Shown here: piece after piece, positions 10,221 through 18,490 of the stretch
Numbering within the stretch: position 1 is the stretch's first letter
Layout: each line of letters opens with the position of its first letter
Source of the DNA: Bdellovibrionales bacterium
GTDB lineage: Bacteria; Bdellovibrionota; JAFGOL01
Direction: 5' to 3'
Length of the DNA stretch: 32,436 nt
Assembly: GCA_022707945.1 (NCBI GenBank)
Contig: JAKIZQ010000004.1
Coordinates: forward strand, 1 to 32,436
Made by a program: the position numbers and the translations under genes
The notes under the pieces: model-generated
What the model saw: only the letters and a program-made list of their open reading frames with translations
Told to the model about the DNA's origin: nothing
The model's database searches: none

Positions 10221-12251
10221 CTATTCTTTAAGAATAATTTTTCCTTTATCAACTCCAAGAACAAAAAGTTCTTTTTGGACTTCCCCATTCTTATCAAAAG
10301 ATATTTTCCCTGTCGCACCGGTAAAAGAACCAATAGATAAAAGTTCTTTTCTAACAGACTCCCTGTTAACCTGTTCTTTCTTTTTACCTCCGTCGGTAAG
10401 CTCATCTATTGCTTTTGCAATAAGTCTTCCTGCATCGTATCCTTGTGCTTCTAAGATACCAGGAGAAGAATTGAATGCTGTTTTAAATTCATGGTAAAAA
10501 GAATTTCCTTCCTTAAAAGAAGGGTTGGAATAAAAACCATCAACAAAGATCGCTCCATCTATATGTTCTCCGCCTCTAGCCACTAGCCTTTGACTATTCC
10601 ATGTGTTTGTTCCAAGCAGAGTAACATCCTTAACATCATAATAAGGAAGGTATGGTGCTATCTGTGACCCGACCCTTGCATCGTCTGGTATAAAAAGTCC
10701 TTCAAAGTCTATTATTGGAGGTAGTGATACTTCCTTTTTCCTCTTTGATGGTTTTTTGCCTTCTGCTATCAGTTGTGCCTCTTCTTCCTCTATAGCTTTT
10801 TCTATTTCTTTATATTCAGGCAATCTTGCTCCAACATAATATATGTCGAACAATTTCATTACTTCATCTCTAAAATCAGATTTACCCGGTTCATAATATT
10901 CAACAGCACGTATCTCACCGCCACGCCTTAAAACTTCTTCCCAAAAATATTTTGATAATTCCTGTCCATAGTTATCATTAGGATATAATATTCCAAAACG
11001 TTTTATCCCAATATCATTCATTGCATAATCTACCAGCCTGCTTATCTGGCTTTTATTCGTCATGGACATCCTGAAAACATATTTACCAAGCCCTTCTATA
11101 TTATCCTTATTGGAAAGGGTTATATTGGGGACACCAGCCAGAGTGCATTGTTTTGAAACAACCTCTGTTTCATCTCCTCCAAGAGGACCTATAATAGCAG
11201 AAACCTTGTCTTCATTAAGAAGTTTGTCTACGGCCATTTTGGCTACACCAGGATCTGATTGTGAATCCATAACTGATAATTTTATTATGGACTTTGTTCT
11301 TTGTGGCCCGAACACACCAACACCAAGTTGTATCCCAGAAAGCGTTTTCAACCCGTAAGCAGAATTTTTTCCTGTTAAAGGTAACACAACACCAATAGTA
11401 AATGGGTCTGCTTTATCAAGTCCTTCCAATCGTGCAAGATAATTCTCTGCCTGACTTCTGTATTCACTTTCAGGGAAAGTTGATAAAAGGTCATTAAACC
11501 TCTCTCTAGCAGCTCCAGCACTATCACTTTCAAAATATTTTTCACCAAGCTTAAAGATGATTGCATCAGCAAGGCCTGTATCAGTATATTCTCCTTCTAC
11601 GCTCTTTAATTCTGATAGATCCATTTTATCTATTATAGAGAGTGAGTTTAATTTTATCTTTGATTTAAGTTCAAGGTCATTGGTCTCTCTATATAGATCT
11701 GCAAGACTTTTTAGCGCAGCTTTTCTATCTCCTTTTTCCATTTGAATATTAGATTTCAATATTTGTGATTTAACATATAGATCATTATCTTGAGTTTTAT
11801 TTTCTTCTATCTCTTTTATCGCATTTATAGAGGAGTCTGGATTATTATTTTTATACTCGCTCAGCGCATAATAATAATTAGATGAAACATATACACTAGA
11901 GCTAGGGCCAAAATCACTTGCCTTCTTTAGTTCTTCTGACGCTTCTTGATATCTTTTCATTCCAAGAAGTAAAAGCCCTCTTTGGTTATACACTCTGTCA
12001 AGATACCCAGAATTAGGATATGCAGTTATAAACCCAGAGCTTTCTTGCAAATATTTTTCATACTCTCTGGAATTATGTAGAACCTGAAGTTGTTCGTAAG
12101 CAGAAGATCCCGTTAGGTTTGTACTGTTTTTAATTGTGGTTTTTTTCTGTGACTTAACAGATCTCATTGGACCTTGTTTTGCGCAAGAAAGAAAAAGGAT
12201 AGAAATAGAGCAAATCAAAGATATAGATAAAATAGTTTTTATTATTCTCAT
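10221..12251 (-). CDS. Lipoprotein with N-terminal TPR-like region and C-terminal type-1 periplasmic-binding fold (LpoA-like / LivK-like)
   Basis: 676 aa with a signal peptide and lipobox (LFLSCAK). The N-terminal half is TPR-like and helical. The C-terminal half reads IGVVLPLTGKNSAYGLKTLSGIQLG...YPNDNYG, typical of the Leu/Ile/Val-binding fold. The architecture matches PBP activator LpoA, but the function is inferred only. Confidence 0.65.
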   Translation of the reverse strand: MRIIKTILSISLICSISILFLSCAKQGPMRSVKSQKKTTIKNSTNLTGSSAYEQLQVLHNSREYEKYLQESSGFITAYPNSGYLDRVYNQRGLLLLGMKRYQEASEELKKASDFGPSSSVYVSSNYYYALSEYKNNNPDSSINAIKEIEENKTQDNDLYVKSQILKSNIQMEKGDRKAALKSLADLYRETNDLELKSKIKLNSLSIIDKMDLSELKSVEGEYTDTGLADAIIFKLGEKYFESDSAGAARERFNDLLSTFPESEYRSQAENYLARLEGLDKADPFTIGVVLPLTGKNSAYGLKTLSGIQLGVGVFGPQRTKSIIKLSVMDSQSDPGVAKMAVDKLLNEDKVSAIIGPLGGDETEVVSKQCTLAGVPNITLSNKDNIEGLGKYVFRMSMTNKSQISRLVDYAMNDIGIKRFGILYPNDNYGQELSKYFWEEVLRRGGEIRAVEYYEPGKSDFRDEVMKLFDIYYVGARLPEYKEIEKAIEEEEAQLIAEGKKPSKRKKEVSLPPIIDFEGLFIPDDARVGSQIAPYLPYYDVKDVTLLGTNTWNSQRLVARGGEHIDGAIFVDGFYSNPSFKEGNSFYHEFKTAFNSSPGILEAQGYDAGRLIAKAIDELTDGGKKKEQVNRESVRKELLSIGSFTGATGKISFDKNGEVQKELFVLGVDKGKIILKE

Positions 12252-12295
12252 AAGTAACCTCTTTAAAAGAAGTTACCATAATTGAAAAAAATGAG

Positions 12296-13447
12296 CTAGC
12301 TGAAGATTTTCTTTATCCTGTCACGATATTTCTTATATGATGGAACCGAATCAACATTAGAAAGCTGTTCAAACTTCTTTAAAAGTTCTGTTTGTTCTTT
12401 TGATAGTTTAACTGGCACTTCTACATTTACATGGACCAGCTGATCCCCCCTGGTATATGCACCAAGTTTATAAGCACCTTTACCTGAAAGTCTAAAAGTC
12501 TTACCACTTTGAGTTCCTGCAGGTATTTTCATTTTAACTATACCGTCCAGTGTTGGAACTTCTATTTCTGCCCCTAGTGTTGCTTGTACAAAAGTTATAG
12601 GGACAATACATTCTATATTAGAACCTCTTCTTTCAAAGAATTCATGCTTCCTTATTACAAGATGAACATAAAGATCCCCTGCTGGGCCACCATTTACTCC
12701 TGGTTCCCCTTCTCCAGAAAGTTTTAATGTTTGTCCATCGTCTATTCCTGCAGGTATCTTAACTTTTAGCTTTTTTTGTGCTCTTACAAAACCTTTACCA
12801 GAACATGTTCTGCATGGGTTCTTGTTTATTTGACCACTGCCACCACAGGTGTTACATGGTCTGGACATCGTAAAAAAGCCCTGCCTTACATACACCTCAC
12901 CACTACCTTTACAGGTGTGACAAGTCTCTAATTTACTCTTACCCTCTACCCCACTACCAGAACAAGCGGTACATGCTTTTGATCCATTTATTAATATTTC
13001 TTTTTCTGAACCGAATGCAGCTTCGCCAAAATCTATTTCAAGTCTTGCTTCTACGTCCACTCCTCTTCTTGCAGAACTCCTTCTTGAAGTAGATCTTCCA
13101 AAACCACCACCAGCGTTACCACCAAATATATCTCCAAAAATATCACTAAAAACGTCACCAAAATCACCAAAACCACCGGTAAAAGTTGTTCCGCCGCCAC
13201 TAAAACCTCCAGCAGAACCATCAACGCCTGCATGACCAAATTGGTCATATTTGGATTTTTTTATTGGGTCGCTCAGAACTTCATAAGCTTCTGTTGCTTG
13301 TTTAAAAGAAGACTCTGCCTCTTTATTGCCGGGATTTCTGTCTGGATGATATTTTAGGGCAAGCTTTCTGTAAGCTTTTTTAATATCGTCGGCGCTAGCA
13401 GTTTTGCTAACGCCGAGCACTTCATAATAATCTTTTTTGGCAGACAA
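12296..13447 (-). CDS. dnaJ: Molecular chaperone DnaJ
   Basis: 383 aa with a J domain (KYHPDRN), a G/F-rich linker and four CxxCxGxG repeats ([32 protein letters not shown]). Confidence 0.97.
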   Translation of the reverse strand: MSAKKDYYEVLGVSKTASADDIKKAYRKLALKYHPDRNPGNKEAESSFKQATEAYEVLSDPIKKSKYDQFGHAGVDGSAGGFSGGGTTFTGGFGDFGDVFSDIFGDIFGGNAGGGFGRSTSRRSSARRGVDVEARLEIDFGEAAFGSEKEILINGSKACTACSGSGVEGKSKLETCHTCKGSGEVYVRQGFFTMSRPCNTCGGSGQINKNPCRTCSGKGFVRAQKKLKVKIPAGIDDGQTLKLSGEGEPGVNGGPAGDLYVHLVIRKHEFFERRGSNIECIVPITFVQATLGAEIEVPTLDGIVKMKIPAGTQSGKTFRLSGKGAYKLGAYTRGDQLVHVNVEVPVKLSKEQTELLKKFEQLSNVDSVPSYKKYRDRIKKIFS

Positions 13448-13472
13448 TGTTACCTCTTATGATTTAACAGTA

Positions 13473-15398
13473 TTAAACTTCCTTATAATCTGCATCAACA
13501 ACATCTTCTTTCTTTGTTTCACCTTCTGCGGTCTGTCCTTCTGCGTTAGGTTGTTGTCCCTGTGCTTGTCCTGCTTGCCCCTGTTGAGAAGTGTGTTTGT
13601 ATATCTCAGAAGCAGCTTTTCCAGCTACAGTGTTCAACTTTTCTGTCTGACTCTTTATCTCATTAAGATCGTCTTTTGCAACAGCTTTCTTTGCCTCTTC
13701 TAGAGCAGAATTCATTTCTGTTTTCAAAGTTCCGTCAAGTTTATCACCATATTCTTTTAAGGTTTTCTCTGTGTTGTAGATTAAGTTATCAAGATGGTTC
13801 CTTGCTTCTGCTCTTTCTTTTTTCTGTTTATCTTCTTGTGCATGAAGTTCTGCTTCTTTTACTATCTTCTTTATCTCTTCTTCACTAAGACCGCTTGAAG
13901 CAGTTATTTGTATTGCTTGTTGTTTACCTGTACCAAGATCTTTTGCACTAACATGTATAATACCGTTAGCGTCTATATCAAAAGAAACCTCTATTTGAGG
14001 CACTCCTCTTGGAGCAGGAACAAGACCAACTAGTTCGAACCTGCCAAGTGTTTTATTGTCAGAGGCCATGTCTCTTTCACCTTGTAGAACGTGTATACTA
14101 ACAGCTGGTTGATTGTCTGCGGCTGTAGTAAAAACTTGGCTCTTTTTAGAAGGTATAGTGGTGTTCTTTTCTATAAGTTTTGTGAACACGCCACCCAAAG
14201 TTTCTATACCAAGTGAAAGTGGTGTTACGTCCAACAATAAAATATCTTTAACATCCCCTTTTAATACTCCACCCTGTATACCAGCTCCAACTGCAACAAC
14301 TTCATCTGGGTTAACACCTTTAGAAGGTTCTTTACCAAAAATGTCTTTTACTTTTTGTTGTACTTTTGGAACCCTTGTCATACCACCAACAAGGATAACC
14401 TCACTGATATCAGCAAGATTTACTCCAGCATCTTTTATAGCTGTTTTACAAGGAGCAACAACTCTTTCTATAAGATCGTCAACCAATCTTTCAAACTGAA
14501 CCCTTGTTAATTTCATGTTCAAATGCTTTGGTCCTGTTTGATCCGCTGTTATGAAAGGCAGATTAATATCTGTTTCCATTACAGATGAAAGTTCTATTTT
14601 TGCTTTTTCTGCGGCTTCTTTTAGACGTTGTAAAGCCATTTTATCTTTTGATAGATCTATGCCGTCTGTTTTTTTGAATTCAGAAACTATCCAGTCCATT
14701 ACCCTGTGGTCAAAATCCTCTCCACCAAGGAATGTGTCGCCATTAGTTGATTTAACTTCAAAAACACCTTCTCCAAGTTCAAGTATGGAAATATCAAAAG
14801 TTCCACCACCAAGGTCGAATACTGCAACTATAGAATCTTTATTTTTGGTTTTATCTAAACCGAATGCAAGTGCCGCGGCTGTAGGTTCATTTATTATTCT
14901 TTTAACATCAAGGCCAGCTATTCTTCCTGCATCTTTAGTTGCCTGACGCTGACTATCGTTAAAATATGCAGGAACAGTTATAACAGCTTCTGTTACTTTC
15001 TCGCCAAGATAATCTTCTGCAGTTTGTTTCATTTTTTGCAATACCATTGCAGAAATCTCTGCAGGGCTCATTTCTTTACCATTAATGCTAACCCATGCGT
15101 CACCGTTAGAAGCTTTAACAACTTTGAATGGTGACATTTTTATGAACTTTTGAACTTCATCTGAATCATATTTTCTGCCTATAAGTCTTTTTATAGCAAA
15201 AAGTGTTTTATCTGGATTTGTTATTGCCTGTCTTTTTGCAAGTTGACCAACAAGTCTTTCTCCAGAATCATTAAATGCCACGATAGAAGGTGTTGTTCTC
15301 AACCCTTCTGCGTTTTGTATGACCTTAACCTCTTTGCCTTCCATTACAGAAACGCAAGAGTTTGTGGTCCCCAAGTCTATTCCAATAATTTTACTCAT
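13473..15398 (-). CDS. dnaK: Molecular chaperone DnaK (Hsp70)
   Basis: 641 aa with [29 protein letters not shown] and an acidic C-terminus. Confidence 0.98.
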   Translation of the reverse strand: MSKIIGIDLGTTNSCVSVMEGKEVKVIQNAEGLRTTPSIVAFNDSGERLVGQLAKRQAITNPDKTLFAIKRLIGRKYDSDEVQKFIKMSPFKVVKASNGDAWVSINGKEMSPAEISAMVLQKMKQTAEDYLGEKVTEAVITVPAYFNDSQRQATKDAGRIAGLDVKRIINEPTAAALAFGLDKTKNKDSIVAVFDLGGGTFDISILELGEGVFEVKSTNGDTFLGGEDFDHRVMDWIVSEFKKTDGIDLSKDKMALQRLKEAAEKAKIELSSVMETDINLPFITADQTGPKHLNMKLTRVQFERLVDDLIERVVAPCKTAIKDAGVNLADISEVILVGGMTRVPKVQQKVKDIFGKEPSKGVNPDEVVAVGAGIQGGVLKGDVKDILLLDVTPLSLGIETLGGVFTKLIEKNTTIPSKKSQVFTTAADNQPAVSIHVLQGERDMASDNKTLGRFELVGLVPAPRGVPQIEVSFDIDANGIIHVSAKDLGTGKQQAIQITASSGLSEEEIKKIVKEAELHAQEDKQKKERAEARNHLDNLIYNTEKTLKEYGDKLDGTLKTEMNSALEEAKKAVAKDDLNEIKSQTEKLNTVAGKAASEIYKHTSQQGQAGQAQGQQPNAEGQTAEGETKKEDVVDADYKEV

Positions 15399-15410
15399 AT
15401 AAATTCCTCC

Positions 15411-15953
15411 TTATTTCTTTTTTGCCACACTAACTTTACTTGGTCTTATAACTCTATCTTTTAACAAATACCCTTTTTGGTATTCGTTAACTACCGTGCC
15501 GTTTTCATGTTCTTCTGTTTCTATTTGATCCATTGCTTCATGGAACTCCGGGTTGAATTTCTCTCCCACAGAGTTCAGTTCTTTAACGCCGAATTTTGAA
15601 AGAACATCGTTAAATTGTTTTAATATCAGTTCTATGCCGTTCAAAAATTTTTCGAACTGCTCTTTATTATTTTCACATTCAGATGAATGTTCTTTTGCCC
15701 TGCAAAGATTATCTATTACTGGCAATATCTCTTTTATTATCTTTTCATTGGCATAACACAATTGTTGATCTGCATCCCTAGAGATCCTTTTATTGATATT
15801 CTCAAGGTCAGCATAAGCATATAAGAGTTTTTGTTGTGTTTCTTTTGCCTTCAAAAGATCTTCATACTCTTTCTTTTCTATTGTTACCATTTTGTCATCC
15901 TTATCTTGAGTATGCTTTTTTTCTTCATGATGTTTTTTGTTGTTCTCTGTCAA
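15411..15953 (-). CDS. grpE: Nucleotide exchange factor GrpE
   Basis: GrpE-like coiled coil plus C-terminal beta domain (FNPEFHEAM...GYLLKDRVIRPSKV), directly upstream of dnaK. The tracked ORF runs to 16022. I favour the in-frame TTG at 15953 because AAGGAGG sits 8 nt upstream of it, whereas the ATG codons at 16022 and 15977 have no SD. The start remains uncertain. Confidence 0.85.
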   Translation of the reverse strand: MTENNKKHHEEKKHTQDKDDKMVTIEKKEYEDLLKAKETQQKLLYAYADLENINKRISRDADQQLCYANEKIIKEILPVIDNLCRAKEHSSECENNKEQFEKFLNGIELILKQFNDVLSKFGVKELNSVGEKFNPEFHEAMDQIETEEHENGTVVNEYQKGYLLKDRVIRPSKVSVAKKK

Positions 15954-15979
15954 AGCTCTAAACCTCCTTTGTCTCATAA

Positions 15980-16016
15980 ATGAAATATGGTAATGCCGCG
16001 CTCTAGAGTCAAGGGC
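15980..16016 (-). promoter_or_regulatory. Candidate sigma32 (RpoH)-type heat-shock promoter for grpE-dnaK-dnaJ
   Basis: The minus strand reads CCCTTGACT-N14-TACCATATTT, compared with the consensus CCCTTGAA-N13-17-CCCCATNT. It is located ~30 nt upstream of the grpE SD. No CIRCE inverted repeat was seen. Confidence 0.5.
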
Positions 16017-16082
16017 AGGCAAGAAAATACTTGAAAATACTTGGCAAAATGGGTATAGAGTGGGGGCTAAACATTAAAGGCA

Positions 16083-16158
16083 GTCCCCATCGTCTAGCGG
16101 CCTAGGACATGGCCCTCTCAAGGCTAAAACACGGGTTCGATTCCCGTTGGGGACGCCA
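16083..16158 (+). tRNA. tRNA-Glu (anticodon CUC), CCA encoded
   Basis: 76-nt cloverleaf: acceptor GTCCCCA/TGGGGAC, D arm GTCT-AGCGGCCT-AGGAC, anticodon arm TGGCC-CTCTCAA-GGCTA, T arm ACGGG-TTCGATT-CCCGT, discriminator G, then CCA. It closely parallels canonical bacterial tRNA-Glu. Confidence 0.93.
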
Positions 16159-16248
16159 AGCTTTCAATTCAATAAATCCAAAGTGATGCAAAACACCCCA
16201 AACAGGACTCTCGAACTCGCTACAATAAAAATGTAAACTAATGTCCTT

Positions 16249-16812
16249 TTACTTAACTATCGAGTCATATACTTTTTCAAGTTTTTTAAATTTAATAGCA
16301 TTATCGGGTGTAAGTTTTACCTCTAATGTCTTACCTTTTTTAAAATTCAAAGGAATGCTCCAACCAATTGCTCCATCATCAGCCCCTATCATTCTAGTAA
16401 CTAGCCAAGCTTTTGGTAAACAATTAGTTTGGTGTCCATGTTTGAAAGGCGTATCTTTATTAATATTGTTCTGGAGATCCCAAATATGAGAGCCTGTAAC
16501 TGTATCTAAAACATGGTTCCAATAATTAACTACCATATTCTTTTTCTCTGATATGTTTGTACCTTCAATTTTTTGATCAGGTTTAATTTTTATTAGTTTT
16601 TCCCTGTCAGCAGTTATCTTCTTTTTAAAATGTTCCATCGGATCTTGTCGTACTACTGTAAAAAGGACATAGTTTATTCCTTTTGGGTATTGCAATTTAA
16701 ATTCAGCATTACAAATTTCATTTTCAACATCATTCCCTTTTTTAGAAGCAAAAGCTGATGAGTTTAATAAAAGACCACATGTCACAATAAAAATTCCAAG
16801 GATTTTATTCAT
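16249..16812 (-). CDS. Secreted hypothetical protein (cassette 1)
   Basis: 187 aa with a signal peptide (MNKILGIFIVTCGLLLNSSAFA) and a good SD (AAGGGAGG, 5 nt before the ATG). I recognise no family. Confidence 0.7.
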   Translation of the reverse strand: MNKILGIFIVTCGLLLNSSAFASKKGNDVENEICNAEFKLQYPKGINYVLFTVVRQDPMEHFKKKITADREKLIKIKPDQKIEGTNISEKKNMVVNYWNHVLDTVTGSHIWDLQNNINKDTPFKHGHQTNCLPKAWLVTRMIGADDGAIGWSIPLNFKKGKTLEVKLTPDNAIKFKKLEKVYDSIVK

Positions 16813-16882
16813 AACGTCCTCCCTTTAAGTTCTAAACGTCATTGTACTGCTCCTTTTAATTTTAGTATAGTGAGACTATGTC

Positions 16883-17010
16883 AGTTCGAGTTTTTCTACT
16901 TGGACGCCCTTGTTTTCTTAAGCTCTTTTGTGAAAGCCCAGTATTTACAAGGTTCTTCAGGCTACACACTCAATGCAAGCGGTTCGAAACTCATCTACTA
17001 GGGGACGCCA
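16883..17010 (+). repeat. tRNA-Glu-derived ~128-bp repeat, copy R1
   Basis: It begins AGTTCGAGTTTTTCTACTTGGACGCCC and ends GCGGTTCGAAACTCATCTACTAGGGGACGCCA. It is collinear with R2 and R3 over the full length. The last 10 nt are identical to the 3' end of tRNA-Glu. Confidence 0.9.
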
Positions 17011-17130
17011 TCTTTTTTTATTTAACAATTTCAAATCGATATAAAACACCCCAAGCAGAACTTCCAAACCGTGCGACAAATGCATATATCTATGTTTAAA
17101 TGATCATAATATCCTGATGGAGGCAAATAA

Positions 17131-17778
17131 ATGAAAAAAATAAAAGCAACTAGAAATAAAATAATAGCTCTACTAATATTGGTCATAATCTTTTTGTTCG
17201 GTATTTATACATTTAGATATTCTGTAAACAGCAGTTACAAGATTTCTTCTCATGGTGATATCCCAACCTTAAAAATTGGAAGACATGTGACCGTAAGTAA
17301 ATTAGCTTATGATTTTAGGTTTCCAATCATCGGTAAACTAATAAAAAGAAACGATCCTGTTAGGGGCGACCTTATAGTTTTCATTCCGCCTGATGGTAGC
17401 TCTAAATTTTATGTTAAGAGAGTTATTGGTGTTCCTGGTGATAAAATTAGAATTGCTGGCGACCGTCTTTACATAAATGAACGTCTAGTAGAAAAGGAAC
17501 AAATACCTTTTTCTCCAACCATGGATGATATAGATAACAAAGAAGAATATAATTCTAACAAATATGCCCTTTATAATGAAAATCTTGAAGGGACTAAACA
17601 CCTTGTTCTTCAGGCCAAAGATAGAGACTCAATGTTGGGAAATTTTAGTATTGAAATTAAAATCACCGAAAACTCTTATTTCGTCATGGGGGAAAATAGA
17701 GACAATAGTATTGATAGTCGTGTGTTTGGTCTTGTAGGTAGAAACTCCATTATTGGAAAAGTCACACTGGATAAGTAA
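17131..17778 (+). CDS. Signal peptidase I (S26) family paralog lacking the canonical nucleophile Ser (cassette 2)
   Basis: 215 aa with an N-terminal TM helix. S26 boxes are present: RGDLIVF, YVKRVIGVPGD (general-base Lys kept) and GENRDNSIDSR. Box B reads SSHGDIPTL where LepB has PSGSMMPTL, which places Gly at the catalytic Ser position. A GGAGG SD precedes the ATG. Confidence 0.8.
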   Translation: MKKIKATRNKIIALLILVIIFLFGIYTFRYSVNSSYKISSHGDIPTLKIGRHVTVSKLAYDFRFPIIGKLIKRNDPVRGDLIVFIPPDGSSKFYVKRVIGVPGDKIRIAGDRLYINERLVEKEQIPFSPTMDDIDNKEEYNSNKYALYNENLEGTKHLVLQAKDRDSMLGNFSIEIKITENSYFVMGENRDNSIDSRVFGLVGRNSIIGKVTLDK

Positions 17779-17789
17779 TAATCCGCCGT

Positions 17790-17918
17790 GGTTCGAGAAT
17801 TTCTACTTGGGCGTCCCTGTTTTTCTTGGGGTGTTCTGTGTAAACTCAATGTTTTTAAGGCTCTTCAGGCTATATACTCCATAACTGCGGTTCGAAACTC
17901 TTCTACTAGGGGACGCCA
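17790..17918 (+). repeat. tRNA-Glu-derived ~128-bp repeat, copy R2
   Basis: GGTTCGAGAATTTCTACTTGGGCGTCCC...GGCTCTTCAGGCTA...GCGGTTCGAAACTCTTCTACTAGGGGACGCCA. GGCGTCCC (17810-17817) is the perfect complement of GGGACGCC (17910-17917). Confidence 0.9.
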
Positions 17919-17935
17919 CATAGAATCGAACTGAC

Positions 17936-18190
17936 TCATTTATAGACTTCTTTTCTGTGGCCTATTTTCACAATTAGGACAACTTCTTTTTCAATAACAT
18001 AGATTATTCTATAGTCTCCAACTCTAAGTCTTCTGCAACCTTTAAGACTATATTGTAGAGGTTTACCGAATCTTACAGGGTCATTAACAAGTTTTTCCTC
18101 TATTGCTCTTTTTATTTTGAGCTTATCCGGCTTTGAAAGGCTCGGGATGTCATCCTCAACAACACTTTCAAGATATTCTATCTTATACAT
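17936..18190 (-). CDS. RelE/ParE-family type II toxin (cassette 3)
   Basis: 84 aa with the hallmark GKPLQYSLKGCRRLRVGDYRIIYVIE...VKIGHRKEVY. Its start abuts the antitoxin stop (18190/18191). Confidence 0.9.
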   Translation of the reverse strand: MYKIEYLESVVEDDIPSLSKPDKLKIKRAIEEKLVNDPVRFGKPLQYSLKGCRRLRVGDYRIIYVIEKEVVLIVKIGHRKEVYK

Positions 18191-18412
18191 CTATTTCCAC
18201 GCTTTAGAGTGAGCTACTCTTTTTCGTTTCTGACTTAAACGATTGTCGGCAATCTCAGAAAAATAAATGTCTTCTTCCCTTTCTAAAGACCTCTTTATTA
18301 AGTCAAGACTAACACTAGACAGAGATTGTTTGGCTTTATCTGCTATTTTCTTTAAAACCAGAAAAAGCTCATCCTCTAGCGTTATATTTATTCTTTGCTT
18401 TGCTGTTGGCAT
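18191..18412 (-). CDS. Ribbon-helix-helix (CopG/RelB-like) antitoxin
   Basis: 73 aa. The N-terminal RINITLEDELFLVLKKIADKAKQSLSSVSLDLIKRSL fits an RHH fold. It is translationally coupled to the toxin, and a GGAG SD precedes the ATG. Confidence 0.8.
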   Translation of the reverse strand: MPTAKQRINITLEDELFLVLKKIADKAKQSLSSVSLDLIKRSLEREEDIYFSEIADNRLSQKRKRVAHSKAWK

Positions 18413-18435
18413 TTGTTTATCTCCTTCTATTCATA

Positions 18436-18465
18436 AGTGTAACACAGGTGTAGCACTCTTGTCAA
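18436..18465 (-). promoter_or_regulatory. Toxin-antitoxin promoter with overlapping imperfect palindrome (putative operator)
   Basis: The minus strand reads TTGACA-18 nt-TACACT, ~20 nt upstream of the antitoxin SD. The imperfect inverted repeat GTGCTACAC/GTGTTACAC overlaps the spacer and the -10. Confidence 0.55.
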
Positions 18466-18490
18466 CGCAAAAGTTAAACCTATCAACATT

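Noticed and set aside
10133-10405. 90-aa minus-strand ORF bridging the DksA-like gene and the LpoA-like gene
   Set aside because: It overlaps the 3' end of the 676-aa lipoprotein gene in another frame and runs through the intergenic A/T run. It has no SD and a low-complexity translation.
13051-13248. 65-aa minus-strand ORF inside dnaJ
   Set aside because: It is an alternative frame of the Gly/Phe-rich linker region of dnaJ. This is a repetitive-codon artefact.
15951-16080. CIRCE/HrcA operator upstream of grpE
   Set aside because: I looked for TTAGCACTC-N9-GAGTGCTAA-like inverted repeats on both strands and found none. The sigma32-like promoter is reported instead.
16878-17099. 73-aa ORF spanning repeat R1, plus similar ORFs at 18267-18539 and 18561-18776 across R3 and its flanks
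   Set aside because: The reading frames are not conserved among the three repeat copies, there is no SD, and they overlap better-supported features. The repeat conservation is at the nucleotide level, not the protein level.
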